A stretch of DNA of 64,000 bases, from the NCBI GenBank assembly GCA_964016885.1, contig OZ024740.1:116374001-116438000 (forward strand). The letters run 5' to 3'. How positions within the stretch are numbered: the stretch's first letter is position 1; every line of letters starts with the position of its first letter. This document shows positions 13,709 to 28,570 of this stretch, piece after piece. Source of the stretch: Eledone cirrhosa (lineage: Eukaryota). Below the pieces are notes generated by a model. The model ran no database searches, was not told where the DNA came from, and saw only the letters and a program-made list of their open reading frames with translations. A program made the translations under genes and the position numbers.

Positions 13709-16041
13709 CGTGATATCTTGTGTAAATATATTTTACCATGACTTCGGGTCACGCCAAGCCATATGAGTGAAATTGAGTAGATATGGAGTGGATTCTAACT
13801 GTAATTCAGCGGTACAGTTTTGTTATTGTGTATCATTCTGATTCCATTTGAAAATTACATTAGAGTTAAAATGTCTGTCTAATATTGAACCACTTTGCAT
13901 GATAATTCGGTGAGTAGTCGTGCAACTGGAAGCTCATCTGTTGTTCTCGACAGGAATGTCCATCACGATCATCATCATCATACATACATACATACATACA
14001 TACATACATACATACACACAAACACGTACATACTCACCCACATACACACATACATACTCATACACATACATACATACATACATACATACATACATACATA
14101 CATACATACATACATACATACATACATACATACATACATACACGGATTTGTGTACAACTGCAAGAAAAGATCATTTAGTGTTATGTTGGATATACATTTA
14201 TATTTAAACAATATACTGACTCACACGTTCATCATTCAGAGCTTCATAGTCCTGTAATTTTTATCCAATCAAGCTGATGTCTATGATGGGGAAAGCGTTG
14301 GCTACATTCGATTTGAAATATGTTTCCCTATAGGTCGCTGTTAAGCTAGGTTTCTATTGTACTGGATCAGGTGGTAAAAATTGTTGTTGCATAAATCACT
14401 GCGAGCCGTGGATGGATTGCGAAGGCATTACAAGATACCTACTGTTTGCGAGCGGATCATGTTTTGCTACGATCAGTGACCCCCAATATTAGAATAGCAA
14501 TGAAAGCTAGAAAGTCATCTTTATGAAGTTTTGCTTAAATACAGCAATGTCTATCAATCTAAATATAGCTAAGTTTCCTAGATATCACATTAGATCTTAA
14601 AATACGTAAACACTATCCCAATAGTATGTCAAAGGAGGAAACGTTATATATCTATAAGTACTCAAATCACTACAATCTCCCAGTTTTAATTAGAGGACGA
14701 GGAGTAAGCAGAGCATGGGAGCAGCCCCTATCCTCCAATAACAATTTTTTTTTAATAGAACAGTATCACATTGTAATGAGGCACTGATCACAATCAGAGT
14801 GTTGGTCAGTGTGTGGAATCTGGCTTAAGCCACCTCATACCTTTGACGTCACCACACATATTATTGGGGATGTTCTATATCAATAAGACACCACTTTCCG
14901 ACCACACACAAATACCACAAACATTTCAATGTATATAATTTAAAGATTAGAGATTCGTGCCTAGATCACATCTATTGCACGCCACAACTAAAGATATATT
15001 TCTGTGCAGCCCCAACAATCCATCTACAATTGCCGAAATCGAGCCACATGTCTGCCGAAGGGATTTTGTTTTTATAAGACCGTTGTATGTAAGGTTACCT
15101 TCACTCTACTATATTGCATCCAAAGGAACTATACAAGATTCGCCGTCAGCAACTTCAAAGGATGGCATAATCAACATCCATTCTTTAGTTGAGAGACACA
15201 GTAAACTCCATATCCTGTCCCGTTTCATCTGGATGCTAAAATACCACGAATGAGGCCGTCGTGACATAACCTGCATCGTTAATATTAGGACCTTGACATG
15301 CGGCAGTAGATTACGTAATTTTATTTACCTGAGAAATTGCATATCCCTCGACAGAAATCCAAAAGGATTTCAATTTTCATGTCAGACAAAATCTTAGTCT
15401 TCGGTCATTTCCAACCAATTAACTTCGAAAATAATGATTTCTGTTATAGGCACAAGACCAGCAATTTTGATGGGAGGGAAAAGTCGATTAAATCGACCTT
15501 ACTTTATTTTATCGTCTTCAGCTGGATTAATTTAGGAAATAATGCCAAGGAGACCCAATGAGTTGATCCACAAAATGCCTCTTATCCACAAAAGATAATC
15601 ATGCACTTTAATATCGGTTTCTCAATCTAGAAACGTTTCACGGCGGTTTATGCTGCAAGTCTCAACGATTTTCAACGCGTAATCTGGGACTTTCAGTGAG
15701 AACCTAACTTAACAGTGATCAATATGGAACCACCTAGCAAGTCCAGTGTGACCAATGTTTCACTGGTCGTGAACATCAGATCAATTGGACGAATGCATAC
15801 ATGATTATGAAACTCTGAATAATGACACACACACACAAAATCATACTTATATATGCCTACTTTTTCGTTTCCAGAGATACTTTACTCTATTTTCTTAACT
15901 ATTATTTGTAGTAGTTGACTATTGTTATAGTCATTTACATTGGGACGACTACATTTCAAATTTCCCCATGATTCTCAAGCCAAGCAGATGTTATATATAT
16001 ATATAAGTATAGCTTATCCGTGTTAATCCTCATTCAGTCGT

Positions 16042-16113
<72 letters not shown>

Positions 16114-17201
16114 GGGTACAAATTGTGTAAAGATTATATATGTCGATAAACAGTTATTGGCTTGAAGATTTAAAGACACGTAAACATGTCTAATCATTCC
16201 GATGATAGGCATGAATGAAATTTTAGTTGCATGCAACTTGAATAATGGGTCCTTATTGGCTGCAAGCAAGCTTTGTTCTCATTGGTCGTGGTAGTGCTGA
16301 CGTAAGATGCTATAGAACATTACTAAGATGTAAGAAAACCATCCCAGCCGAGTTTAACTTTCGTTCGCAAGAAAATCAGCTCCTCATTTCCTGTTTTAGT
16401 TAGCCAGCAAAATTATTTTGGGGAAAATCGGATGAAAATGTCCACTGAGAAACCACGATGAGTTTTCTGTTAATGGATAAAGCAGGTTGTTTCAGTATTT
16501 GCAGTTTCTCAGATAGGCATATTGGCAATCACATAATCTATTAGAGTGTGGAGGATCTTTGTTGACAATGTTACAAGTTGTATTAGAGCGATCATATCCT
16601 AGATCTCTGATCTTCCCGATAAAACAAGGCAGAGGGCGGAGTTTATATGGTCTCTAGATCTAAAAGGGTGCAATGTTAATTATTGCTGATTTGACGTATT
16701 TCTTTTTTTTTTTTTTTGTCCCATCTGAGTTCATTGGATTTAGTGCAATTACTGCTTTAAGTTACAAAGTTAGATCGATGTTTTTATATCCTTTGATCTA
16801 TTTTATCTAAACATTAAATCATATATCAGTATTTATTGATATCAATGGAAGAGTTAACTCTGAATGTTTATTTAGTTTCATTTACGTACATACGTAATTG
16901 TTTAGATATTTTTCTTTTTGTCATATAATAACCTACATGGGAAGTACTTTGATAAAATCGGTACATCGACGGATAACATGCATTATGGTTTTTAGTCTGT
17001 CTCATAAATTCTGAGTTCAAATCTTGGTAGTGGAGATGACATTATTTTTCTAGCTTCTACGATACCAATTAAATAACTGGGTCGATATATTCGATTATTC
17101 TTTACTCCGCAATTTCCTGTTTCATGCCGTTGTCACAAATAATTACATGCATTCTAAAGGAAATCTTTATTTCAATAGCGGATTTAATACGTGCGTAAAT
17201 A

Positions 17202-17295
<94 letters not shown>

Positions 17296-18159
17296 TGCCT
17301 GTTTCTCTGTACATGTGTATGTAACTGTGTATTATACATATGTATATAACTATGTTATGCATATGTATGTTAACTGTGGTATGAAGGTTTTATGATATAT
17401 GAGGGTTTTAAATATTGGTTTTACCAAGTCCCTTTAATATAAAAATCTAGCTATTGAAAAGCTACCATTTACTTTCTCACAGTCAAGCAGAGTCAGTGAG
17501 ACAGATATGTCAACTTAAACTGATCAAAACAGATATATTAACATTAACTAGCACCTACTTTATCATTACACTCGACTGAATGACATTCAAAGAAGCCGAT
17601 TTTCTAACAACTATGTTATGAATATGTTTTTCTTTGAAAAGAAAATATCCTTTTTTTTTTTTAAAGAAAAAAAAAGAAGAAAAAATAGGGAATAATTTCT
17701 TGTTACTTTTAGTGGGAATCAGTAAGTAAGCCAATATACGTCAGGTGATACTGACATCTAAGTCGAATTCCAGTAAATTTATCTGATTTTTTGGGGCGTT
17801 TTCTCGAAGCTTTGACACTTTTTCTCACATACCATGAATATATAAGATCGGTTTTCATCTGTAACACCTTTATTTATTTTGTTTGATAGATATTGCATGT
17901 TTATTATATTAAGAAAACAAAAATTCCATCCTATAGTGTTTCTATGGGTGTGTATAATGAGTTAACTATACATATATAAAGATATCTTTCACTTACAATG
18001 AAATAATTTATGATACCGATCTTGTATTATAACCTTCTCTGCTGTTGTTTCTATCTGCTCATGGATTTTAGTCATTCTTGCAAATACTCTCACCTCAATT
18101 AATATATATAGTACGGTACTGTCACAGTAGTTTATATTTAATGATGCTGTCATACTAGT

Positions 18160-18790
18160 TTGAAGTGGTGGATTGCTAGAGTTGTCAGAACGTCGAACAC
18201 AATGCTTTACGGAATTCGTTCTGGTTCTCTGAGCTCTGAGTTCAAATCCGGCAAGATCAACTTTGCCTTTCATCCTTTCAAGGTTGATACACAAACAACC
18301 AGTCCAATACTGAGGTCGATTCTTCCTCTATCTCTTTCTCTCTCTCTCATTCTATATCTATCTTACTCTCTCTCTCTCTCTCTCTTTCATTCGCCCTCTA
18401 TAACTCTCCCTCGCCCTTTCTCACAAAAACATCGGCTGTGTTCAGACATGGAAAGGGAGTGGCACCACGTTTCAAAACCCCAAGATACACTGTATGCCAG
18501 TAACGGATCCATACATGCACACACACAAGTATATATTCAGGGGTTAAATGATAATCTCCTGGTTTATAATTGTTTCAACATTTGACAGAAAGCTAGTAAT
18601 TTGAGGATAAAGGTAAGACGATTAAATCTACCCCAGTGCATTACTTGTACTTTATTTCATTATTAATAAATTTTGATTTTTAATTTAGGTACAAGGCCAG
18701 CAAATTTGGAGGAAGGGCCAGAACAAATACCGCATTGGTATTTTATCTGATGCTCTACCATTTCTGCCAATCCACGACCCTCAATAATAA
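18160..18790. mobile_element. SINE A copies on both strands plus an associated repeat (ATCGGCTGTGTTCAGACATGG...)
   Basis: GAGTTCAAATCCGGCAAGATCAACTTTGCCTTTCATCC. The associated repeat also occurs at ~19195, ~27660-27760 (-) and ~38900-38970 (-). Confidence 0.65.
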
Positions 18791-19499
18791 TTAAATTGGT
18801 TTTGAAAAAAGGAATATACGGCCCCTAATGTTGGGTGAGTCATATAGACATCAGTATGTGATTGGTACTTTTTTTCATCGGCAACGGGGGGCTATAAAGT
18901 AAAATTGACAAAAGCGCTGTACGAACTAAGATGTAGAGGATCAAATTAAAAAATAGCTCAAGGCATTTTGTCCATCATTCATTCTGACGCCACAGTACTA
19001 TTATTTCTTATCTGTGTAGTTGGTAGGCAGTAAATCAGCTAGGTTTCTAGAACATGAGAAAGAATGCTTTGTGACATTCATTCCGGTTCTCTGCGCTCTG
19101 TTTTTCAAATTCCTCCCAGATCAACTTTGATTTTTAACATTTCGAGATCGATAAATGAAATACCCGTTCAGTACGCTTTTTCTTTCTCTGGGAGAAATCG
19201 GGTGTGTTCCGACCTAAACATGGATGGTGTCCTCCAGATTAAATAACCAAGACAAACCGTATGTCACGATGGCGCCCCTACGACTCCATACAAGAACGCA
19301 AGGTAACACACCAACATCGATATTTTTAACATTTACCGTCCAATTCAGATTTGTGGTAGGTATCAAAAATATCATACACAAAACGACAGCACCAACAGTT
19401 TTGCAAGAGATGTCAACATGAATGGACCTGTTATTTTTATCTAAAGACATTTTTTCCAATTCCAACCCGCCCGTCCCCTCAATCTATCTTATTTCTCAT

Positions 19500-19545
19500 T
19501 CTTTCTTCTGATGAAGGACTAGCGTCCGAAACATTAAAACCCTCT
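19500..19545 (+). ncRNA. Minimal PLE-type HHR-like motif
   Basis: CTGATGAA-GGAC tagc GTCC-GAAACATTA. Stem II is clear; stems I and III are weak. Confidence 0.45.
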
Positions 19546-19622
19546 TCCTGCTATATCAAGCGTTAACCTAATATACCTTTCCATATACTGTACCTATTGT
19601 GTTGTTATTTCTGTTTATCTTT

Positions 19623-19656
<34 letters not shown>

Positions 19657-19670
19657 CAACAGTGGCATAA

Positions 19671-19720
19671 ACAGGTACTCAAGTTTCGTTGGGTTCTGGG
19701 CACCAATTTCTTCCGCCTGT
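19671..19720 (-). ncRNA. Degenerate HHR related to the 3.6-kb motif
   Basis: ACAGG-CGGAAGAA-ATTGG..CCAAC-GAAA-CTTGAGT-A-CCTGT, with a 5-bp stem I and a GUA triplet. Confidence 0.5.
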
Positions 19721-21497
19721 CATGAAGAAATCGGTTTTGGACACCCTGCAGGACAAAAAACACAACCTTTAATCTAAATGAGAAATTATCTTCTTTCCTT
19801 CTTCACCTACAAATGCCTTGCACCTAGGTATGAAGCCACTACATACAGAGCTGGTGTCTGGGTTTTTAGTACTCCAGGCTAGCTCTACAGTTAGGCACCT
19901 TATTATCTCAAATAGAATAATTTCCTCTTTGTTTGGCAAGGTAACAAATCTAACTTTTTTATACTTCTTACTAAAACATGCTAAGAATATTGCTAAGCCT
20001 ACATCTTCCACTATACTGTTCACATTTATCCTCGCCAAATCATATTACAGATGATAACATCATACGATCCACTTCACCACAATGTTGCTACCGAGCAAAC
20101 ATGTTTAGCAATGTATTTTATGGTCGCAAGAAATCATATATTTCATTGAATTATACAAATTTGTATAAGATTATATTCCAATAAGATTTAGTAATGCATC
20201 TCTCTGATGTTTGTGCTCTAGACGGCTCCTAGTTGGCCAGAATGGTAACGCCAGTCCTGTCTGCATAGAACGTCCATTACACAGGCCACATTCACTCGCA
20301 CCAAGATCGTAAGAAATTATTATACATTTATGTTAACTATATAAATGTATAAAGCTGTGATCCTTTATACAACCAGCTTCCTGGTTGGCCTTGATGGTAA
20401 CGCCAGCCCTGACTGCTTCCATCGCCTTAGTTCTTTCTACAATTTGCATTCTTCTCGAAGGAATTTTTATTTTGCACTTAAACATACTTGACAAGAAATG
20501 ATGTGATTCCTTTTATTCTATTCAGGATTAGATGTTGGTGTCGTGTTTAGCTTCCTGGTACATCAGTAACATAGGAGAAATACTTCCATGTCCTTCTAAC
20601 ATGATAGATCTCTATTTGCATCTGTTTACATTTCTTTAGATTTTTACATGAATATTGACTAACTGACTGACTGAGCATTGAAAGACTTCAATAAAGGGAC
20701 ATAAGTTTGTTTCGTGTGGTTCACCGGGTACATTTGTTATCTGGTCCTATTAGTCAAATCACGTTTGGATTACTTGTATATACGTGAATAAAGTTTTGTT
20801 TTCTTTGTAAGTGAGCCAAAGTTAAGAACAAGATAAACAAATATTGTCCTTCAATCTGTTTTCGGCTAATCTATACATATTGTCAATGTAAGACTATTAA
20901 GTAAATAAAATATTTCGCCGTACCTATCTTTTACTTTTTTCGGATTACATTGCAAAGAATGATAGAATTGAGAGATTTTTGTATTAATATCTGGTCACAG
21001 TTTTCAGATGTCTTAGTTATTTAATGTTTTTGTGTCATTCTAGAAAATATGTGATTAGTTTTTTTCTTACTTAATGATTTATGAACTGCCACAGGGCTTC
21101 TTCTCTTCCCCAGTTAAGAAAGGACACGAATGGGAGATAAGTGTATTCAGACAATACGCATGTTGTATTTTATTGTATTTCTGAAACTGTGGTTCTCAAA
21201 TGGGGGCCACTTGGCTCCCAGGGGAAGAATGCTAATCAGGGAAGAAATCCAAACTGGGAAAGAATGGTGTACATTATGTTTATGTATCAAATGAAATACC
21301 AATACGCCCAACTATAAGGGTGATCACGAATTAATAGTTCACAAAACAAACTGCTGCTTCAGACTTAATCCCGTTTGGGGCTATATAATTATTGAGGTTT
21401 GAAAAGTCTGCTCACGTTAATTTGGTGCACGGGTGAAGAAAAAGATATCTATCTATATCTATCTATGTATCTACTATCTATCTCTCTCTCTCTCTAT

Positions 21498-21554
<57 letters not shown>

Positions 21555-21563
21555 TATATATAT

Positions 21564-21632
<69 letters not shown>

Positions 21633-21675
21633 TATATATATATACACACACACATATATATATATACACACACAT

Positions 21676-21725
<50 letters not shown>

Positions 21726-22546
21726 CAACAGAAAAGGGTGGGGGAACAAAGAACAGAGACACGTGTTGACTGTAAGCCCTACGAAATACTTCATACCCAT
21801 CATAGAGTTCTTTTTGAGGCCATCTTTTACAGCAAGATGCCCTTCTTGAGACCAGCAATTTTAGTTACTTCTCCAAATATGGAGAAAGTATATAATGTAC
21901 TTGTTCTAAATCGGATACACGGAACACTCCAAAAACATCGAATTAAATATTGAAAATATGTAATAGTATATCTATAAATATAACATTCTAAGAGAGAGAC
22001 TTTAGTGTCGTTCAATTTGCTAGTTATAGCAAGCAAATCTCCCTAAAATTACACTACACAGTCTTGTGGGTTGATACATAGTGGATAATGTAATCGTAGA
22101 TTGGTGGTGATCGAAGGTAGCATAGAACAGTCGTATCTGAAACATTTGTGATCATATATCTGCTCAGTCAGGGCTGACCTGAACTAAACAATAACTCTGA
22201 CATTCTTAACATCTGGATGTACTAAATGAACAAATCCTCCGCTATATATTAGGAAAATGTGACACGCTTATAATGGTGCTAGAAATTGCAGCCAAAAAAA
22301 AAAAAACGTGTAAATCATGGTCTGTATACTTTATTATCAATATCTCCTCTTGTTCCAAAGAATACTCCCCTGACGAAAAATTGAATTCTTCCAATATTGG
22401 TTATTCCAATAATTTGAAATGGCTGGTATTGTTTTGTTTTTTATTTGTTTTTGAAACCATGGTAGGGAGACGTTTATATAAGTGAGACTTTCTTATTTTA
22501 GTCTATTTGATTTATAGTCCCCCAAATAGAATGTTTTGGCATTGGT

Positions 22547-22582
<36 letters not shown>

Positions 22583-22584
<2 letters not shown>

Positions 22585-22769
22585 AAAGTATGACCCCGAC
22601 GGCAGAGCTCAAGCCGTTTCGACGGCTATTTCTGGACTCTAATAGCCGTCGAAACGGCTTGAGCTCTGCCGTCGGGGTCATACTTTTTCCTATTTCCCAC
22701 TCTACTACCCTAAGTATTGAGTACTCTGGTGCGTTATGGTCCATCTGGTTCCTTACCACAATTCCTTTG

Positions 22770-22771
<2 letters not shown>
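22583..22771. mobile_element. Hairpin element family H, copy 3 (opposite orientation to copy 1)
   Basis: GAAAAGTATGACCCCGACGGC...GCCGTCGGGGTCATACTTTT followed by the long arm. Sits between (GA)n and (TA)n. Confidence 0.85.
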
Positions 22772-22803
<32 letters not shown>

Positions 22804-22959
22804 CGACTGCATGTATGTCCTGTTTATTTTGTTTATCCAGGAAAATCTTGGACCAAAAGCAATGCTCTGTCGCATGGTTCCCGACGATGATATATTGCAA
22901 AGGTTGGAAGGGAATTATGAATTGAAACTTTCTTTTATTATCATTACATAAGATATGAC

Positions 22960-23150
22960 GACTGTGGATTGACAGAATCATTAGAACGTTCGACAGAATG
23001 CTTTACAGCAATTAGTTACGTCTTTTTATATTCGGAGTTAAAATACCACCGAGGTCATCTTTGCCTTTCTTCCTTTCGGGATCGATAAAATAAAGTACTA
23101 GTTAAAAACAATATCGATATATCCAACTTTCCCCTTCCGTCAAATTAGAA
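22960..23150 (+). mobile_element. SINE A copy
   Basis: GTGGATTGACAGAATCATTAGAACG..TTTGCCTTTCTTCCTTTCGGGATCGATAAAATAAAGTACTAG. Confidence 0.7.
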
Positions 23151-23399
23151 AGAATTATTACAGAATGTAGTATACTATAACAGAGGGGCGTAGATTACTA
23201 TATTGTTATTAACATCATAGATATAATTATAAACTAAACTTATATAGAATGCAGTGTTTGTTAAATTTATATAAAGTATAGGTGAATTATTTTATTCACT
23301 AAATTGTAAAATGTGAGCGAAGCGAAAATTTCAAACCCACCGCAGGCGCGAGCTAAAGGCGAGCAGAGAAAGCTTATCGGTCATTTGGAAATAGAATGG

Positions 23400-23755
23400 A
23401 CTTTCGTCGGGTTCGACGGGGAGTGTTTCAGTTGTTCGAAAAATGGAACACACTCCTCCTTAAATTAACGTTCCACTGGGACGTGTACCCTTAACGTCAT
23501 TCCCCGGGAGATATGTGACAAGGCTGGCCATTTGAATTACAGGTACAGTTCACCTTGTATTACACTTTAAGAGGCTGAGCGTTCCATACACACGTGTAAC
23601 CATAACGTAATTTTCTGAGAGATTCAGCATCGGACAGTGTGTGATAAGGCTGGCTCTTTGAATAGTAAATGATACTTGCCTAAGATGTCACGAAGTGAGA
23701 TCGAACCCGGGTCCTAATGATTGCGAAGCGCACTTCTTAAACATTCGGTCATGCT
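23400..23755 (-). mobile_element. tRNA-derived SINE family B
   Basis: tRNA-like head on the minus strand (GGTTCGATCTC box). Body homologous to 36165-36440, 42220-42495, 43560-43900 and 28020-28310. Confidence 0.6.
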
Positions 23756-24653
23756 GTGATAGTTGAAAACATATATCTACTCAACATCAGAATTTTTTTT
23801 TTTTTTCTCGCTTCAGTAAATTTTCCGTCCTTCCCAACCAGTACCAATCCCTCGGTGTTAGTTACTATTTTTACACTGAAAATTTACTGAGAAAAGCTTC
23901 ATGTTATGAAATAAGAATCTAGAGAATGCGCAAGCCTCATAAATTTTACTTATGTTGATAGTTTCCTTGTTAAATGTCACCTACATCAGCTCCAGAATCT
24001 TCGGTAATATATTTGATAACGGACTCTCTTCTCTTAAGTCGGATTCCATCTACGTAGGTGGCATTATCGTATAACAATCAAATTATTTCTGTCTCGTTCT
24101 CGTTTTCATTCCAGTCTTTCTGCCTTATGTCCTATCCTCACGGGACCTAAATAATCTAGCCTCTCTGTAGTAATAAATACTTCCGCCACAGACTCTGAGG
24201 ATGTTTGAGATATAATTAACTTTTAACAACGCTAAAACACAAACAGCCGTTCGTCTTCACGTCAAGCGATTTCGTTAGATAACATTCAAACATAAGATTC
24301 AACTGAAGGACTATTTAATATTGCATGAAAATATATTGAAGTTAAAACTTTTTTTCTTTAAGACTAAAAACAACTCTCACATATGCCAACTTTTCGTTTT
24401 TTCGTGGTTGATAAAATAGAGTACCAGTTCAAGGCGGTGGATCAGCGGGATTTTTGAGCGTTGGACGAAATATCTTGCGCTCCTTGTCTCGGATCAAATC
24501 CCGCTGTAGCTATACTTGGGTCCTAGACTTAATCTGTCGACCGGTTTAACATCATCACCTAGTCATTCAGTGCTTTATGGAAATCTAAATTCAGTATGAT
24601 GATACCTTCTTCCTACCAGTCGCAGAAGCCATGAAAAGAGCCATAGGTACTGA

Positions 24654-24744
24654 CTTATGTCCTTATGACTTACCGTTAAACAATAAAAAACATAAACCTT
24701 ATGTCCTTATGACTTACCGTTAAACAATAAAAAACATAAACCTT
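24654..24744. repeat. 44-bp tandem duplication
   Basis: CTTATGTCCTTATGACTTACCGTTAAACAATAAAAAACATAAAC occurs twice. Confidence 0.9.
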
Positions 24745-25302
24745 TTGCATACTAAGTACAAACATCTCTCAAATGGACACTAATACCTCACACGCGAATA
24801 AATTAAACTGACACCCGTCCTCTCAAGGAAGCCAGCGCAATGCACTCTCCAGCAATATACCAGAAAACACTATCTCAGAAATTTTTCCCAGACACATATA
24901 TATATAAAAGCATACCTACTCACAAAAACATAGCTTCTTCGGTATCTACAAATACTGTGATAGGCAAGTGTAGTACAAATATAAATGCAAAATAACGCAA
25001 TTGTCAGGCACGTATTGAGTGAAACTAACTTACGTGTAGCCTCAACGGCAGACATCACCACAATCTACAGTCATACAGTAATAGACATGACAGTGGAGAG
25101 TGTCTAATATGATTAAATTGCCACAGTCTACTCCATACGATTCCATAAATCGTATCGGAGTGAGCAGTGTTTTCCTCAATAATACAAAGAGATGTGTGGT
25201 ATATCACATCATATGACGGACTATCAGCAATCCGTAAGACTGAGTTCAACTAGGGCTGGCTAGGAATTTCAGATCGGCAAGAAACGTATTTCTGCACTTA
25301 CT

Positions 25303-25770
25303 ATGAAGCAGGTGGAGAAGTTCAAGTATCTCAAGACGATGTCCACGAGTCATAGAAGGCAGGAGGCTGAATTAAGTGTAAGAATTGCAAGAGCTGGTGC
25401 TGTGATGCGCCAGTTTCAGTATTCAGTAATCAGAAGAAGGGAGGTAGGCGTAAAAGCCAAACTCGCAATCTTCAATTTGATACTCATGCCAACCCTTACC
25501 TATGATCATGAATGACCGAAAGAATACGATCGTGAATACAAGCGGCCGAAATGGGTTCTTCCAAAGGGTCTTTGGAGTAATGTTACTCGATAGTGTGCAT
25601 AGCTCGGGAATCAGAGAGTCACCCCAATTGAGAGATCAGAGTTTTGGTATTACGGACATATGGTCTGTGGAAAGAATCACTGGGCAGATTTTACGGGCAA
25701 AACCAGCCGGCATGAGACTCAGGGGTAGACCGCGAGCAAGATGATTGGATAACATCCATGAGCTTGTCCG
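25303..25770 (+). pseudogene. RTE-clade LINE (Rex3/Expander-like), 3' ORF fragment
   Basis: QVEKFKYL..RIARAGAVMRQ..RREVGVKAKLAIFNLILMPTLTYDHE, then RLRGRPRAR*LDNI. Frameshifted, with stops. Confidence 0.8.
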
Positions 25771-25876
25771 GCGACGGCGACGACGACGACGACGACTGAA
25801 TATTTCCAAAACGCTATACAAAAGTGGATTGTGTTCTCCTTTTGTGGTTTGCTGCTATTTCAGTCTGTAACAAATC

Positions 25877-26238
25877 TGAAGGTAAAGTGATGGTTTATAC
25901 TTTAAACTGAGGGTAAGTGATGGTTTATACTTTAAACTGAGGGTAAGTGATGGTTTATACTTTAAACTGAAGGTAAAGTGATGGTTTGTACGTTAAACTG
26001 AAGGTAGAGTGATGATTTGTACGTTAAACTGAAGGTAGAGTGATGGTTTGTACTTTAAACTGAAGGTAGTGATGGTTTGTACTTTAAACTGAAGGTAAAG
26101 TGGTGGTTTGTACTTTAAACTAAAGGTAGAGTGGTGGTTTGTACTTTAAACTGAAGGTAAAGTGGTGGTTTGTACTTTAAACTAAAGGTAGAGTGGTGGT
26201 TTGTACTTTAAACTGAAGGTAAAGTGGTGGTTTGTATT
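25877..26238. repeat. Minisatellite, 29-31-bp unit CTGAAGGTARAGTGRTGGTTTRTACTTTAAA, ~12 copies
   Basis: Directly visible tandem units. Confidence 0.9.
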
Positions 26239-26368
26239 TTTATCTTCGTCCTCGTTTGCTCTGTCTATAACAAAACAACTGAAAAAAAAATCATAAAATT
26301 TCGAAATGTAAAAATTATTTTTTCTTTTCTTTTTCATTGTCAAAGCAGATAACAATCCCGTAAATTAC

Positions 26369-26436
<68 letters not shown>

Positions 26437-26754
26437 ACATGTGAGCAAAAGTGTTCCAGCCTTGACCAACCAATCGTTTTTAAAACAGTGTCTGTCAGGC
26501 TACATTCAACAATGACTTCACCAATGCCATTTTTTAACGGTAGGGAATACCATTCTACTGCTGCTTGGTCAAGAAGGGAAGGCCAGGACCTGAACCTTTT
26601 AAGGGTCTCGGAAACTAGTGAAAGAAAGGGAGAAAATTATACTCAAACCGGAGACCTGGCCCAAATGCTTGCAATTAAGTGGACCACTACTACTAAAGGT
26701 ACCCAAATGTCATGTGGACATGTTAAATCGTGTTACGGGTTAAGGCTACCATCC

Positions 26755-27798
26755 AAGTAAGGCACAGCGGAATTTGAACTCGGCATGTAAAAAAAACGAA
26801 AGTAATACTGCAAGGCGTCTTATTCGACGCTCCAATAATTTCCCATTCCACAGCCCTAGATTGGTATTCGATTTTATCGACCCCGAAAAGATAAAAACAA
26901 AGGTAACCGTGACAGGATTTGAACTCAGATCGCAAATCATGTTTACTTCGCGCTCTAATAATTCTACGAATTCGCCGCCTGCAGTGATTGAAGGGAAATT
27001 TGGCTGCCATTTCTTGCATGTCGAACGATTAAATAATTCCTCCTGTGTTAGTTCGACTGCATGTATAGTTACATACGGAGCCGCCGAGAGGATTGGGGAT
27101 GGGTAATTATAACTGTAGATATTGTAGGTCCAATTAATTAGTGGTTGTTTAACTTGTTAAGGGGGAGAAAAATTTTAAAAAAGGAGCCGATCATCATAAC
27201 GGACAGGATAAAATGCCTCCATTAATCTATCTATTAATATTATCTGCCAGTCGCAATTCCAAGCAAAAAGAGGCGGTATTTGAACACAAAATGGGCGGAG
27301 CCGGATCAGATAACACAAAGCATTACATCCACCTCTTTAACAATTCTGTCAATCCACCGCCTTTGGATTGGTACTTTATTTATCGACCCCTAGAGGATGA
27401 AAGGCAAAGTTGACCCCAGCGAGATTTGAACTTAGAGCGCAGTAAACCAGAACAAACACCGAGGCATTTAAATCATCGCCTAAATTACTGCTAACTTGCT
27501 ATCCATGAATTATTTAAAGCAATTAGTGTAACCAGTAAAGCTGTGATATATTCCACCAACAAAGCTTAATTGAAAAACAAACAGAACATGCGATGATGCT
27601 ATGTTTACTTCTCGCAAACTTTAATTTACATCCATTCATCCATTGGCACTTAACTAATGATAGAGTCGTAGGGGCACCGTGACATACGATGTGTCTTGGA
27701 CATTTTTTAACCTGGCGGAGCCTATTCCTCTCCATGTCTAAACACAGGCGAATTATTTCAGAGAGAGAGAGAGAAAGAGAGAGAGGGAGAGAGGGAGA

Positions 27799-27829
<31 letters not shown>

Positions 27830-27970
27830 GGGGATGTGCTGGGAATTGTCATCGCTACTTAACTGGCACTTTATTTATCGACCTCGAAAGGATGAAAGGA
27901 TGAAATGTGCATTTGAACTCACCGCAGAGAGAACCAGTACGAATAGAATAAAGCTTTCTATTCAGCATTA
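26755..27970 (-). mobile_element. Several degenerate SINE A copies
   Basis: Recurrent TATCGACCCC..GGATGAAAGGCAAAG..TTTGAACTCAG motifs. Confidence 0.65.
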
Positions 27971-28570
27971 TAACGATTCATATTCAACAATTTTACATGT
28001 GTGTTGTGTGTTTGTGTGAGTGTCACTTCCGTCGACGAGAGTTCCAGTTGTTTGAACACCAGAACAGACTACTCGTAAAATTAATTTATAGGTGACTGAG
28101 CATACACTTAACACACGTACACGTAACATAGTTCTCAGGGAGATTGAGAGTAACACAGTGTGAATAACAGGTACAACTTATATTTACCGGCTAAATGAAC
28201 TGGAGTAACATGAAATAAAGTGTGTTGCTCAAGGATACGACACACGGCCGTCAATCGAATACATAACCTTACGACTATTACATGAACACGTTAACAACTA
28301 GGCCACCAACCTTCAGACAACTTTACGTCCATCTAATCTATTCATCTCTTCAATTATTATCGCCTGACGGCATTCGTTCCAATCTCTACCCGGCAAACAA
28401 TTTAATTAAATTCTAGTCATGAGTAAGCAATACTCACCATATCAACTACGTTAAATGTATCTAGAATAACCTATATATGCTTATACAAAAGCTTATGTGA
28501 AGTTAGGACGTTTCACTTTGCATGTGGTTCCAGCTACGATCGCGCAGCGTCAGTCTTTGGACATTATATA

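Noticed and set aside
15090-15275. Possible minus-strand exon bounded by AG/GT
   Set aside because: All three frames contain stops and there is no polypyrimidine tract.
19769-20250. Possible transposon protein remnant (FGEDKC motif; 89-aa ORF)
   Set aside because: Too degraded to assign; motifs are inconsistent between frames.
25877-26238. Possible CRISPR array
   Set aside because: Units are contiguous with no spacers, the context is eukaryotic, and there are no cas genes.
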